The notes: a model not told the origin generated them from the sequence alone. DNA of 64,000 nt from Bythopirellula sp. (GCA_965216565.1 OZ244170.1:3904001-3968000); one strand, 5' to 3'. Shown: positions 29,431-38,814, counted from the first letter of the stretch. Program-made: numbers and translations.

Positions 29431-30228
29431 TTGACCGCCCCTACCGGGGCGTACTTCAACATAGGAGAAAGTACTTTGCAATTCGAATCGACTCTCGACA
29501 TCACACCCAATACGTCATTCGCGGCAGCTCCTGCGACGCAGTCTGCCAACGCTTATCTGCCTGAAAGTTCGCCTGGCATCCAGGTCACCAAAATTCTCTT
29601 ATTGCTAGCCAACCGTTTCGATTGCGAAGTGGTTTCTGCGCAACTCCGCGAATGCAGCACCCTGGAAGTTGTGACCGCAACCGAACAGTTTTCAACGGGA
29701 CTGGAGCGAATCAAAGATCTCAAGCCGCAGATCGTGGTTTACGATCCCCGTTCCCATCCCCACGGCATGAGTTTGCTAAAAGAGATGCTTCTGGACGAAC
29801 GGCTTGAGAATCTTGTGATCTTCGACGATCGGGTGCGTGAAGGCGCTTTGATTAAGGCCATTCAGTTGCCTCGCACAAGCTACCTCACCCGACAAATTAG
29901 CGCTGCCGATCTCCGACGTGGGCTCGAAGCGATTGGTGCAAGCTCTGAGCAAGTATACGATGCGGAGATCGAAGCGAGAATCGTCAGCTCCTCCAAAGGG
30001 AAAACTCTGCTGCAGCAGGACGAAGGACCAGCGTTGGCTTCGCTCACTCAACGGGAATTTGAAGTCCTAGAGCAAGTCGCGGGTGGTTGGTCCGTCCGCG
30101 AATGCGCAGCGAGGCTCAACGTAGCCGTGAGCACTATCGATAATCACAAATCAAAGATCATGAAAAAGCTCGATGTCCGAAAGGCTTCGCAGCTCATTCA
30201 CCTCGCTATTCATGAAGGCGTAGTCTAG
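29431..30228 (+). CDS. NarL/LuxR-type response regulator with an atypical receiver domain
   Basis: C-terminal LTQREFEVL...STIDNHKSKIMKKL helix-turn-helix and a receiver-like fold with VVYDP. The start is uncertain. Confidence 0.85.
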   Translation: MTAPTGAYFNIGESTLQFESTLDITPNTSFAAAPATQSANAYLPESSPGIQVTKILLLLANRFDCEVVSAQLRECSTLEVVTATEQFSTGLERIKDLKPQIVVYDPRSHPHGMSLLKEMLLDERLENLVIFDDRVREGALIKAIQLPRTSYLTRQISAADLRRGLEAIGASSEQVYDAEIEARIVSSSKGKTLLQQDEGPALASLTQREFEVLEQVAGGWSVRECAARLNVAVSTIDNHKSKIMKKLDVRKASQLIHLAIHEGVV

Positions 30229-30242
30229 CCATGCGGGGCGAG

Positions 30243-31229
30243 TCACAGTGCCCCGGCTAGTCGCAACGACGCAATCACGCGAAAATCATTTAGCAAACAA
30301 TTAGAGGCGTAGTACGTTTGCTCTTCGACACCATCGAAACGCCGTTTGAAGTCGGCATGCCCGGCCAGATTGTAAAAGTACTTGTTCACCCACCACGCAT
30401 TGACCCCTCGACTCCAGCTGAAGTGGATAAGCGGGTTGCTGCGAAACTCGCGATCTTCAATTCCTGCCAATGGCGAGAGCCCTAGCATCACGCGGTCCAG
30501 TCCATCGGCTTGAAACTGCTCGATGGCTACCTTCATGATGCCCTCCTCCGCACGCAAGGGCGCGTCCGGCAGGCGGCGTTTGACCGAGGGCGAGTGCCCC
30601 ACTACTTGGCCGGCGGAATAGATCGGATCGAAACAGATGAACGCCACCGGATTGTTTTCTGGAGAAAACAGGAAGAACTTGCGTACGTCAGTTTCATCCT
30701 CAAACACTGGCGGTCGATTGAAAAAGTACACTGCCTTGCGGCTGCGGCGCGAATCGAACCAGGCTTCGGAGAGTTCGATGATCGATTGTACGTCGACGTC
30801 TTCGGCATAAGTGCCTTCGCGCACCTCAAAGCCATGCTTGGCAAGCCAGTTGGTGGCGTGGCGGAGTCGCTCCTTCTTTTTGCCGCTGAAACGATAGTCG
30901 GCCAGTTCCAGACGTGTGTCGCAACCCATTTCGTTAATCCAGAAACCTAGCGACTCGAGAATCGCTGCGGTCCCCCGACCGATTTGCCAAAAGCAGTTTT
31001 TCGGATGCGCGGCAACAAACTCCTCCAGCAGGGGGCGATGCAACTCGGCGGGCCCCACAGGATCGGCCAGAACGCAATGGACGCCCCAATTCTTGGCAAA
31101 GGCCAGATAACAATCTTTGTGCCAGAAATACGACAGCCCTGGCTGCACCGCAGTGGAATAGGCCTGCGTGAAGTCGCCATACTCGCGCACAAGTGCCAAG
31201 CGTCTTTCATTTTCCGAGCAACCACTCAT
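30243..31229 (-). CDS. Stand-alone DUF2156 (aminoacyl-phosphatidylglycerol synthase catalytic-like) domain protein
   Basis: VLADPVG, LGFWINEMG, FSGKKKERLR, LGLSPLAG and YNLAGHADFKRRF; no TM domain. ATG 31229 overlaps the 3' end of gluQ by 23 nt. Confidence 0.85.
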   Translation of the reverse strand: MSGCSENERRLALVREYGDFTQAYSTAVQPGLSYFWHKDCYLAFAKNWGVHCVLADPVGPAELHRPLLEEFVAAHPKNCFWQIGRGTAAILESLGFWINEMGCDTRLELADYRFSGKKKERLRHATNWLAKHGFEVREGTYAEDVDVQSIIELSEAWFDSRRSRKAVYFFNRPPVFEDETDVRKFFLFSPENNPVAFICFDPIYSAGQVVGHSPSVKRRLPDAPLRAEEGIMKVAIEQFQADGLDRVMLGLSPLAGIEDREFRSNPLIHFSWSRGVNAWWVNKYFYNLAGHADFKRRFDGVEEQTYYASNCLLNDFRVIASLRLAGAL

Positions 31230-32151
31230 CGTCCTGCTCAGTGTACACGATCGGCTCGGGCGACAGGCGATTGATATCGAATGCGTCCAAGAACTCCTGA
31301 GCTGTCTGCGGTTGGCGTTGCCCAAGGCCACACCACTCGGCAAGCAAGCCAATGACGCGCTCCGCCGAGACACCCTTCTCCTGATAGGCGGTAAGACGAC
31401 TATCTCCATGCCGTTTTGCCAGCCGCCGGCCATCTTCGCCGATGACCATCGGCAGATGGGTGTAAGTGGGTAGTGGTCCAAGCGCCAGCCGTTCGTAGAG
31501 CAGAATCTGCCGCGCTGCGGACAAAAGCAGGTCATCGCCGCGAACCACCTGATCAATTTCTTGGCGTGCGTCGTCCGCCACCACGGCTATTTGATAACTC
31601 GGCAGACCGCTCTTCGTACGAACCAGAAAGTCGCCGACCGTTTGCTGAACTCGAAACGATTGCTCACCGGCAAAGGCATCGACAAAGTCGATCGCATCTT
31701 CGGGCACAAGCACCCGCCAAGCAGCATCGCCTTCTCCAAGCTGCACAGGATCGCGAGGCGTCTTCTTTTCGGGTCGGCAGGTGCCAGGATAGCGCAGTTC
31801 GTGATCGCCTCGATGGGGTGCAGATAAACTGGCCGCCTCGATCTCTTTGCGGGTACATCGACAGGGATAAATCTCTCCCCGACTGGCCAGTTCGGATAGA
31901 GCTTGTTCGTAAGGCTCTAAATCATGACGCTGATAGAAAGGGCCTTCGTCCCAATCGAGCCCGAGCCATTCAAGAAGTTCGATCGCCTGCTCGCTGGCAC
32001 CGGGTTTAATTCGCGGACCATCGAGGTCTTCGATACGAAGCACGATCGTCCAGCCACGCTGGCGAGCGAGTGCCCAGTTGACCAGAAACGTCCGAGCGTT
32101 GCCCAAGTGCAGAGCGCCGGTTGGTGAGGGAGCAAGTCGAGTCTTGGGCAT
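31207..32151 (-). CDS. gluQ: Glutamyl-Q tRNA(Asp) synthetase (GluRS catalytic-domain paralog)
   Basis: RLAPSPTGALHLGN, LRIEDLD, CRCTR..YPGTC, VVRGDDL and LAKR; 314 aa with no anticodon-binding domain. Confidence 0.9.
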   Translation of the reverse strand: MPKTRLAPSPTGALHLGNARTFLVNWALARQRGWTIVLRIEDLDGPRIKPGASEQAIELLEWLGLDWDEGPFYQRHDLEPYEQALSELASRGEIYPCRCTRKEIEAASLSAPHRGDHELRYPGTCRPEKKTPRDPVQLGEGDAAWRVLVPEDAIDFVDAFAGEQSFRVQQTVGDFLVRTKSGLPSYQIAVVADDARQEIDQVVRGDDLLLSAARQILLYERLALGPLPTYTHLPMVIGEDGRRLAKRHGDSRLTAYQEKGVSAERVIGLLAEWCGLGQRQPQTAQEFLDAFDINRLSPEPIVYTEQDDEWLLGK

Positions 32152-32614
32152 AAGTGAGTGATGGCCAATTGGGTATGGGGAGCTGCGACCTATTATGAGA
32201 AACGCGGCTAGTTTGGGCCAGTTGGCGGCCCTGAGAGAATCTCCTCAACCTTTATCCTACAACCGGCACGTTCGCGCAAATCGGTACAGGCATTGGATTA
32301 GACGTACGGGGGATTGAGTGGGTCGTGCCCGAGTCGGCGGCGGTGGACTCGCCATGCTGGCTGCGGGGCTGTTAATTGCTTGCAGAACCCGAAAGTTCGG
32401 GTAATATAAGAATAGACCCTCATTCGAGGGGTTACCTTCCTTATCAGGTCTGGTGCTTGTGGATCGCATTCCAATTAGTTCTTCCTAAACCCGCATTCGG
32501 GTGAAGAGCTTTCTTTTATTGACTTCCCATTTCATTGGCGAAGTCGGTCTCCCCAACACGCGAGCCGTGTTTGCGCACCCGATTTTGTCTCATTAATATT
32601 TTCACAGGTTCACC

Positions 32615-33487
32615 ATGTATAGCACTACTAGATTTTTGTGTTTTATCGTTATCTTCTTGGTCAGCAGTTGTCATCAAGCGTTGGCCAAATTTGATCTGCA
32701 GGTCAATCTAATTGAGTCTGGATTTAATTCCAGTCAGATCGCCATCCTCAACGATTCCATTGCCCAGGCCAAAGCCGTTTGGGACGATGTGCTCATCGGT
32801 TATCAGGCTGGCATCAGCAATCCCGGGGTAACTGTCACAGTCCGTCAAGGTTCGACCTTTGCGGAAGCGCAGATCAACAGCAGCACGGTTCAGGGAGGAT
32901 TCGCTTTTCCAGTGACTGCTACAGTACGCATCAACCCTGCCGTTGTCACAGCATTCAGTGCTTGGGACGGTTCGGGGCCGACTGATCCAGATCCTAATTT
33001 TATTGGACTCAACTACGTCGACGACATACTCGCCCACGAGATTGGGCATGGCCTGGGCATCGGCACGCTCTGGACATCCAACGGATTATACACTGGTGGT
33101 TCCTTCAGATACCGCGGTGCTAATGGAGTCCGGGCCTACCGTCGCGAGTTCGATCCGAATGCCACCTTTGTGCCGGTGGAAGACGCTGGCAGCAGCGGCA
33201 CGATGAACACTCACTGGGACCAAATCATGCGAAGCAGCACGCAAGAAGGGAACCCTGGCGATCCCTGGAGCTTGGATCCGCGCGTGGGCGTAACCGATTT
33301 GCTCGGGCGAGACCGCGCTTTGGAATTAATGACCGGCGCACTCGACCCCGACTACGGCGAGCCATTCTTGAGCAGCACCACGATTGCTTCGATGCGGGAT
33401 ATGGGCTACCGCACGATTCCGGAGCCATCGGCTATATTGTTGGCACTAATGGGAGTGCTTGGCATGGGCCGCAGACGCACGGGTTAG
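32615..33487 (+). CDS. PEP-CTERM protein with a leishmanolysin-like (M8) zinc metallopeptidase domain
   Basis: Signal peptide; HEIGHGLG; distal His in THW; Met-turn ELMTG; C-terminal IPEPSAILLALMGVLGMGRRR. Confidence 0.88.
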   Translation: MYSTTRFLCFIVIFLVSSCHQALAKFDLQVNLIESGFNSSQIAILNDSIAQAKAVWDDVLIGYQAGISNPGVTVTVRQGSTFAEAQINSSTVQGGFAFPVTATVRINPAVVTAFSAWDGSGPTDPDPNFIGLNYVDDILAHEIGHGLGIGTLWTSNGLYTGGSFRYRGANGVRAYRREFDPNATFVPVEDAGSSGTMNTHWDQIMRSSTQEGNPGDPWSLDPRVGVTDLLGRDRALELMTGALDPDYGEPFLSSTTIASMRDMGYRTIPEPSAILLALMGVLGMGRRRTG

Positions 33488-33504
33488 GGTAATTTGCCTG
33501 TCAG

Positions 33505-34236
33505 TCATTTATCCTGATCGCTCAGATCGTCGCCACCCTCTTGCACAATTGCCTTGGTGATCTGCTTGCGTAGCGTCTCGAGCTGATCGATCTGTTTCCG
33601 TAGGCGAATTAGTTCTCGGTCGATGCTATCCACGTTCCGTTCTTCCATGGCGTTCAGGGGCCGGTCGTTGTTGGTGTCAGTCCTGCTGATACGGTGCAGC
33701 AATGGAATCAGCAGCGAAAGAGCAGCGTCTACGATCGACAAAGCTGCCAGGAATCGAAGCGCACGATCGCCATCGATTTCCCATACAAGCATAACTGAGG
33801 CGAGAATCGCCAGGCCATAGACGATTTGAATCGCGATCAGGTAAACCCACGAAAACCTTTTGGCCAAGCGAGCAATCGAGAGCAGGCAGACCTGGACCGT
33901 CGCTAACGTAAAGATGGCAAATACGCCAATGGTTTTGAGATACCACTCAGATTCAAACTCCGGCCAAATCGCAATCATCAGTAGAACGGTCGTCACGAAG
34001 GTAAGCAACATTCCGACGTAGGGCAGTCCATTGCTGCGACGAGGTGTTCGAGAGAGATCGCATGCCAGGCCACACAGACTTGCCACAGCCAAGACGATAG
34101 TAGTAATCATGACGCGGACTTCGAACCAATTCCACTGACCTCGAAGTATGATGACTACTCCAGCAATTGCCCCTAGGACGACCGACCCGGTTAAGAGCTT
34201 TAACATAAGCCGTTTGAGTGAGGATTTTTCTTTCAT
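33505..34236 (-). CDS. Hypothetical 6-TM membrane protein with a C-terminal coiled coil
   Basis: Six hydrophobic segments followed by SIDRELIRLRKQIDQLETLRKQI. Confidence 0.85.
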   Translation of the reverse strand: MKEKSSLKRLMLKLLTGSVVLGAIAGVVIILRGQWNWFEVRVMITTIVLAVASLCGLACDLSRTPRRSNGLPYVGMLLTFVTTVLLMIAIWPEFESEWYLKTIGVFAIFTLATVQVCLLSIARLAKRFSWVYLIAIQIVYGLAILASVMLVWEIDGDRALRFLAALSIVDAALSLLIPLLHRISRTDTNNDRPLNAMEERNVDSIDRELIRLRKQIDQLETLRKQITKAIVQEGGDDLSDQDK

Positions 34237-34277
34237 AGTATTTGCTTGTTGGTTATTTTTTTGAGAGTGACAAGCAG

Positions 34278-34306
34278 GCTCGTCGACGCGGGGGGCGTCG
34301 ACGAGC
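34278..34306. other. Perfect 12-bp stem-loop between the two membrane-protein genes
   Basis: GCTCGTCGACGC-GGGGG-GCGTCGACGAGC. There is no U-tract on the minus (coding) strand. Confidence 0.7.
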
Positions 34307-34351
34307 GCTGCCAGTATTGCCCGACACTGCCAACAGCGGCGGGCCCACGGT

Positions 34352-36907
34352 CTATCGCCATTTCAACACTTGAAACACTCCCTCGCCTTCGCGAACCTTC
34401 TCGGGCAGTGCTAGTAAACGATCGCGATAAATGCTCAACAGGACAGCCACCAAGAAAAACAGTCCTCCGCCCACCATCATATAGATCGCCGTTGTTTGAA
34501 GCTGATTGGGAATACGCAACAGGCCAAGCAAACTAACGACGTACACGGTGAGTGCACCACTGCCTAGCAGGGTCGAGGATCGAATGCGACAAACAATTCC
34601 GATACCCAAGAGCCCTAGGCCGACTGCCAAGACTCCAATCTCGTGGAGCATGACCCAACCCCAGGCGTGGGAAGATCCCCAAATTCGCTGTTGCAACAGC
34701 CCTATCAATAGAGGCACGCTGCTAAGGATGCTTCCAAAAGCCAAGTTGAAGCTTACCAGTTCGTTCCGCCGCTCTGTTTCGCGGAACCAACCGTAATATC
34801 CAAAGGCCAGCATGATCAAACCACCACAGGTCACAAGAAGTTCGCTTTTTTGCAAGAAAGTGAATGGGCTAAGCACATTGACCACGAGCATCGTGACAAG
34901 CACTTCGCCGGCGGCAAGCACGAGGAAACTTCGGCGCCAGGCATCTTGTCGAGTGAGTAATGCGGCTACGAGCGATGCTACGATTTGCACAGCCAGCAGC
35001 CCCAATAGCGACGCATTCGCTTCGTTTACTAAGACGCGCGCCAACGAAAGTAAGAGCGCCGCCACGCCGCCCAATCCAATCCCCACCCAGCTAAAGTAGT
35101 GGCACTGTTTGAGCCTCTTCTCGCCAAATACACCTGTTGCTTCCAGCAACCGTGCCGCAACTAGTGCAACCAATCCCACCGTCGTGGCAGCCACAATCGG
35201 CGCGTATTGAGTGTAATCGAGCCAAAGAAGCGTCTGCCAAACACTCACGCACAACGAGATAGCGGACAGCACCGGCGACATAGCACGGCGTGAATGAACA
35301 CTTGCCATACCAAAGCTAAGCGAAGACGCAGCAAATAGCAGGCTGAGCCAAAGATGGGGTGCGGCAACGGCAAGGACTTCCACCAGACCCAATATCGCAG
35401 CCAACCCTACAATTAAGAGTAGGCAGGTGACCAATTCGGCTGCGCGAGACCATGCTAAGCGGCGTGCTTCACTCTTGGTAACCAAAGACGCGACTACGAT
35501 TGCCAAGGGAATCAGCATTTCAGCTACCAACGTGATTGCTGTAAGGGGTATGCCAACCATCGACAGCGTGCCTGCCGTGGAGAACATGGCGAAAACAGCC
35601 GCCAACTGCCAGTTGCGTATAACTCTTGCAGACTTGGATTCCCGCTCTGCCCGAATCGCACTCCATACACAACTCGCTGAAGCAACTGACATTGCTACGA
35701 TGAACAGGCCCTCGAATTGATAGGGGAATGCGTCGCTCAGAACTTCCAGTCGAGCGCGGCCATAGAGTAATAGCCCCAAAAGCCCGGTTGTGACGTGAAG
35801 TCCACTGACGATCGGTCCAGAAGACTGAAGCAAAGCTTGCAGTTGCTGGGTGAGTGGTCCTCCGCTTCCACTCTCGCTCTGAGAGGTTCTCGCCATGTTG
35901 AGAGCCAGGGCCGTGACGGCCAGCAGCAAGGTGACTAGCGACATCGTGAATGGAATACTAAGTAAGTCGAGCAAAATCACTGCCGCCCAAAGCACGGTGA
36001 GTACCGCCGAAACAATGTATCTTCCACCGGCCCTGACAACGAGTTGGGAGTAAACGTAGGAATAGGCTCCTGCCATCGCTAGCAGCAGGGCGAATAGTTT
36101 GAGATGCGTTTGGGTTGAGACTAGTGGCTTCGCGAACCAGCCCAGGTCGGCAAAGAAGGTTTCGTAAAACAGTCCACACAACCTGCCCCCTAAGAGTAGC
36201 AGCAGCCCTGCTGCTAGAGCCGTGTGACCTGCTTGAAAGAATGCTTTTCCAAAATTCTGACGACTGAAAGGACCTTCGCCCGACGCAAATGCGCGCTCGG
36301 CATGAATGCAGATCATGCCAATCACAACTAATAGTGTGGAGGGGGAAAGAATCTCCCAGAATCTCCCAATGTTTTGATCGGCCAATAGCAGGAGCCCTGT
36401 CATCGCTACGCCACCTACAATGGCAAACACGAATTTGGGGTCGGCTAAAACCCTGGCAACAGACGCGTAGATCAAACAGCAAGCCACCGCCGGCACCCAT
36501 AGATGCCCTCCCTGGTCGAGCGTGATCAATCCCTGGGCATCATAGAACCATAGGTTCAACGGCATCACTAGGCAGCCGAGCATCGTAATCGCTTTGCCGG
36601 CGGTTTGATAGCGCGTGTATCGGGCCGTTGCCATGCCCGCAGCGACTACGGCGCAATTCGTAATTCCTAAGCAGGTGGCTACGACGACAGGGTTTTCGAA
36701 AACACCAACCGACCAGAGCCACACGACAAGTCCCACAACAAGTAACCCCGCCCCGCAGGCCATCAAGCCTTGTAGTGATTTCGGGTTGAGGAGTACCTCA
36801 ATGAAACTACGTGACGACTTTTTGCCGATGGTGTTTTCCACGGCCGCTTCCTCGACAACTGTGACTTTTACAAACTCTTCTTCTGGTTGCTGGTGATGAT
36901 CGGCCAT
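34352..36907 (-). CDS. Very large polytopic membrane protein (about 20 or more TM segments; DUF2157-like N-terminus possible)
   Basis: About 850 aa that are almost entirely hydrophobic; MPLNLWFY motif; C-terminal GEGVFQVLKWR. ATG 36907 follows GGGGGA. Confidence 0.85.
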   Translation of the reverse strand: MADHHQQPEEEFVKVTVVEEAAVENTIGKKSSRSFIEVLLNPKSLQGLMACGAGLLVVGLVVWLWSVGVFENPVVVATCLGITNCAVVAAGMATARYTRYQTAGKAITMLGCLVMPLNLWFYDAQGLITLDQGGHLWVPAVACCLIYASVARVLADPKFVFAIVGGVAMTGLLLLADQNIGRFWEILSPSTLLVVIGMICIHAERAFASGEGPFSRQNFGKAFFQAGHTALAAGLLLLLGGRLCGLFYETFFADLGWFAKPLVSTQTHLKLFALLLAMAGAYSYVYSQLVVRAGGRYIVSAVLTVLWAAVILLDLLSIPFTMSLVTLLLAVTALALNMARTSQSESGSGGPLTQQLQALLQSSGPIVSGLHVTTGLLGLLLYGRARLEVLSDAFPYQFEGLFIVAMSVASASCVWSAIRAERESKSARVIRNWQLAAVFAMFSTAGTLSMVGIPLTAITLVAEMLIPLAIVVASLVTKSEARRLAWSRAAELVTCLLLIVGLAAILGLVEVLAVAAPHLWLSLLFAASSLSFGMASVHSRRAMSPVLSAISLCVSVWQTLLWLDYTQYAPIVAATTVGLVALVAARLLEATGVFGEKRLKQCHYFSWVGIGLGGVAALLLSLARVLVNEANASLLGLLAVQIVASLVAALLTRQDAWRRSFLVLAAGEVLVTMLVVNVLSPFTFLQKSELLVTCGGLIMLAFGYYGWFRETERRNELVSFNLAFGSILSSVPLLIGLLQQRIWGSSHAWGWVMLHEIGVLAVGLGLLGIGIVCRIRSSTLLGSGALTVYVVSLLGLLRIPNQLQTTAIYMMVGGGLFFLVAVLLSIYRDRLLALPEKVREGEGVFQVLKWR

Positions 36908-36989
36908 GGCCCAATCCCCCGATTTGTTTGGCAACGCGCAGCTAGGCGAGACCGTGAACTCGAAGAACCTGCTGCACGCCTACCTTCAA

Positions 36990-37005
36990 AGCAGAACTGG
37001 TGCCA
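36990..37005 (-). promoter_or_regulatory. Sigma-54 (-24/-12) promoter for the membrane-protein genes
   Basis: The minus strand reads TGGCACCAGTTCTGCT, i.e. TGGCAC-N5-CTGCT with exact GG-N10-GC spacing. It is about 80 nt upstream of ATG 36907 and next to a divergent sigma-54 activator gene. Confidence 0.8.
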
Positions 37006-37080
37006 GTAACCGGAAAATCGACCTAAGATATGTTCCAATAGGTACTTAGGGAGATGAGGCAGCAGCACCGTAGGGTCAGG

Positions 37081-37120
37081 GTATACTTTCAGTGTACCGT
37101 CAGTGTACACCCTTTGTACT
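37081..37120. promoter_or_regulatory. Candidate upstream activator sequence (GTAC-core repeats)
   Basis: TCAGTGTAC occurs twice (37089, 37100; 11-bp period), flanked by GTATAC and TGTACT, about 80-115 bp upstream of the -24 element. Confidence 0.5.
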
Positions 37121-37142
37121 CAGCCTTTAGAAGAGACGAACC

Positions 37143-38717
37143 ATGATTTCAGCCTCAGAGCGGAAATTCGTCCAGCTGCTTTCTCAACTGGCTTATAGCA
37201 ATCCATTCCAACCACAGCGCCTCGAATTAGAACGACAAGCGCTTGGGAAAGAGTACCAACACGAAGATCAGATCGCTTGGAGCAAGAACCAGCACATCGA
37301 AGATGCGGATCGGCCCAACGTAGTGAGCCTCACGACGCGAGCCGAAGAATTGGTCGATCGATTACGGGAACAGATCGAACTGGACAACAATGTTTCGGCA
37401 GCGGAGCAAACCCAATATCAGGATTTAGTGCTCTACGTTCTCTATTATCGTCACGTGAGCAAGATCCACGTCGATCAAAACTTGCTTGCCTCGCGCCGAT
37501 CGCGACAACAAATTGCCAAAGCATGGCGGGCCTTTCGCCCGCAATACGAACACTATCTCGTCCTGCCGCAACTTAGGCTACCTTTGGCCGAGGAGGCAGC
37601 CCATTTGTTTGCGTGTTTCTTCCAGATACGTCGTGCCTTTCGGAATGTCTTCGACCATATCCTGGGTGATTCACGACCGGCCGCCGAAGTGCGCGGGATG
37701 GTGTGGCAGTCGGTCTTCACTCACGACATGCGGCGTTACCAAACTTCGCTGCACGATCGGATGCGAGACATCACGACCCTAGTCACAGGCGCTTCGGGAA
37801 CGGGTAAGGAACTGGTCGCAAGAGCGATAGGTTTGTCGCAGTACATTCCTTTCGATGCCGAGAAAGAGCAGTTTGCGGGCGACCTGGAACGGGCCTTTTT
37901 ACCAGTAAATCTCTCTGCCCTGTCTCCCACTCTGATTGAGTCGGAACTGTTCGGGCACAGTAAGGGAGCATTTACTGGCGCGGTAGCCGACCGAACAGGT
38001 TGGCTCGAAAGTTGCCCGCCACATGGCGCGATTTTTCTCGATGAAATCGGGGAGCTCGAGCCTCAGTTGCAGGTCAAACTGCTACGAGTCGCGCAGAATC
38101 GTACCTATTCACGTATCGGAGAAGTTCAGGATTGCCAGTTCTGCGGCAAGCTAATTGCCGCTACCAATCGGGATTTGACCACGGAGATTCGCGAAGGCAG
38201 GTTTCGCGAGGACTTATTCTACAGGCTTTGCAGTGATCGCATTGAAATGCCTTCTTTGCAGACTCATCTTGAAGATCGTGCCGAGGCACTGGAGGGTTTT
38301 GTTGCCTTCATTACGAAGCAATTGGTGGGTGACGAGAGTGAGAAACTAACTAGCGAAACTCTCGAGTGGATCGAGAAGGAGATGGGCTCTGGGTACCACT
38401 GGCCGGGGAATATTCGTGAGCTTGAACAATGTGTCCGGAATATTTTGGTGCGACGCCACTACACTCCCCGAGAGACAGTTGAGGAACAGGCTGGCCCGGC
38501 AGCATCGCAGGCGTGGCTTCGTGAAGCTCAGGCCGGAACACTTACCCATGCGGAACTACTTACGAATTATTGCACTTGGGTCTATGCCAAGCTCGGTAGC
38601 TATCAACAGACGGCTGCCGCGTTGGGACTCGATCGCCGAACTGTGAAGTCGAAGATCGATCGAAAATTGCTCAATCAGCTCACGCGAGAAAGCAAAAACT
38701 TTTCAGCCATCCTGTAG
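37143..38717 (+). CDS. Sigma-54-dependent enhancer-binding protein with an unrecognised N-terminal domain
   Basis: GASGTGKE, ESELFGH.KGAFTGA, FLDEIGE, AATNRDL, FREDLFYRL, WPGNIREL and a Fis-like HTH (AAALGLDRRTV). The first ~200 aa are not receiver, GAF or PAS-like. Confidence 0.95.
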   Translation: MISASERKFVQLLSQLAYSNPFQPQRLELERQALGKEYQHEDQIAWSKNQHIEDADRPNVVSLTTRAEELVDRLREQIELDNNVSAAEQTQYQDLVLYVLYYRHVSKIHVDQNLLASRRSRQQIAKAWRAFRPQYEHYLVLPQLRLPLAEEAAHLFACFFQIRRAFRNVFDHILGDSRPAAEVRGMVWQSVFTHDMRRYQTSLHDRMRDITTLVTGASGTGKELVARAIGLSQYIPFDAEKEQFAGDLERAFLPVNLSALSPTLIESELFGHSKGAFTGAVADRTGWLESCPPHGAIFLDEIGELEPQLQVKLLRVAQNRTYSRIGEVQDCQFCGKLIAATNRDLTTEIREGRFREDLFYRLCSDRIEMPSLQTHLEDRAEALEGFVAFITKQLVGDESEKLTSETLEWIEKEMGSGYHWPGNIRELEQCVRNILVRRHYTPRETVEEQAGPAASQAWLREAQAGTLTHAELLTNYCTWVYAKLGSYQQTAAALGLDRRTVKSKIDRKLLNQLTRESKNFSAIL

Positions 38718-38814
38718 GTCTGCCAACCCATTGGCGAGTCGGTTTTGCGGCAGACGTCCTCTTTGGGCATCGATACAATGGGAGAATCCCAGTTTCGATC
38801 AAGGAGCCAGCCCT

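Noticed and set aside
31230..31556. N-terminal 109 aa of the 437-aa ORF in the track
   Set aside because: Overlaps gluQ in another frame and looks non-coding; ATG 31229 is the more plausible start. I saw no slippery site suggesting a frameshift fusion.
32365..32380. GG-N10-GC pattern (GGGGCTGTTAATTGCT) upstream of the PEP-CTERM protease
   Set aside because: The -24 element lacks TGGCAC, so it is too weak to call.
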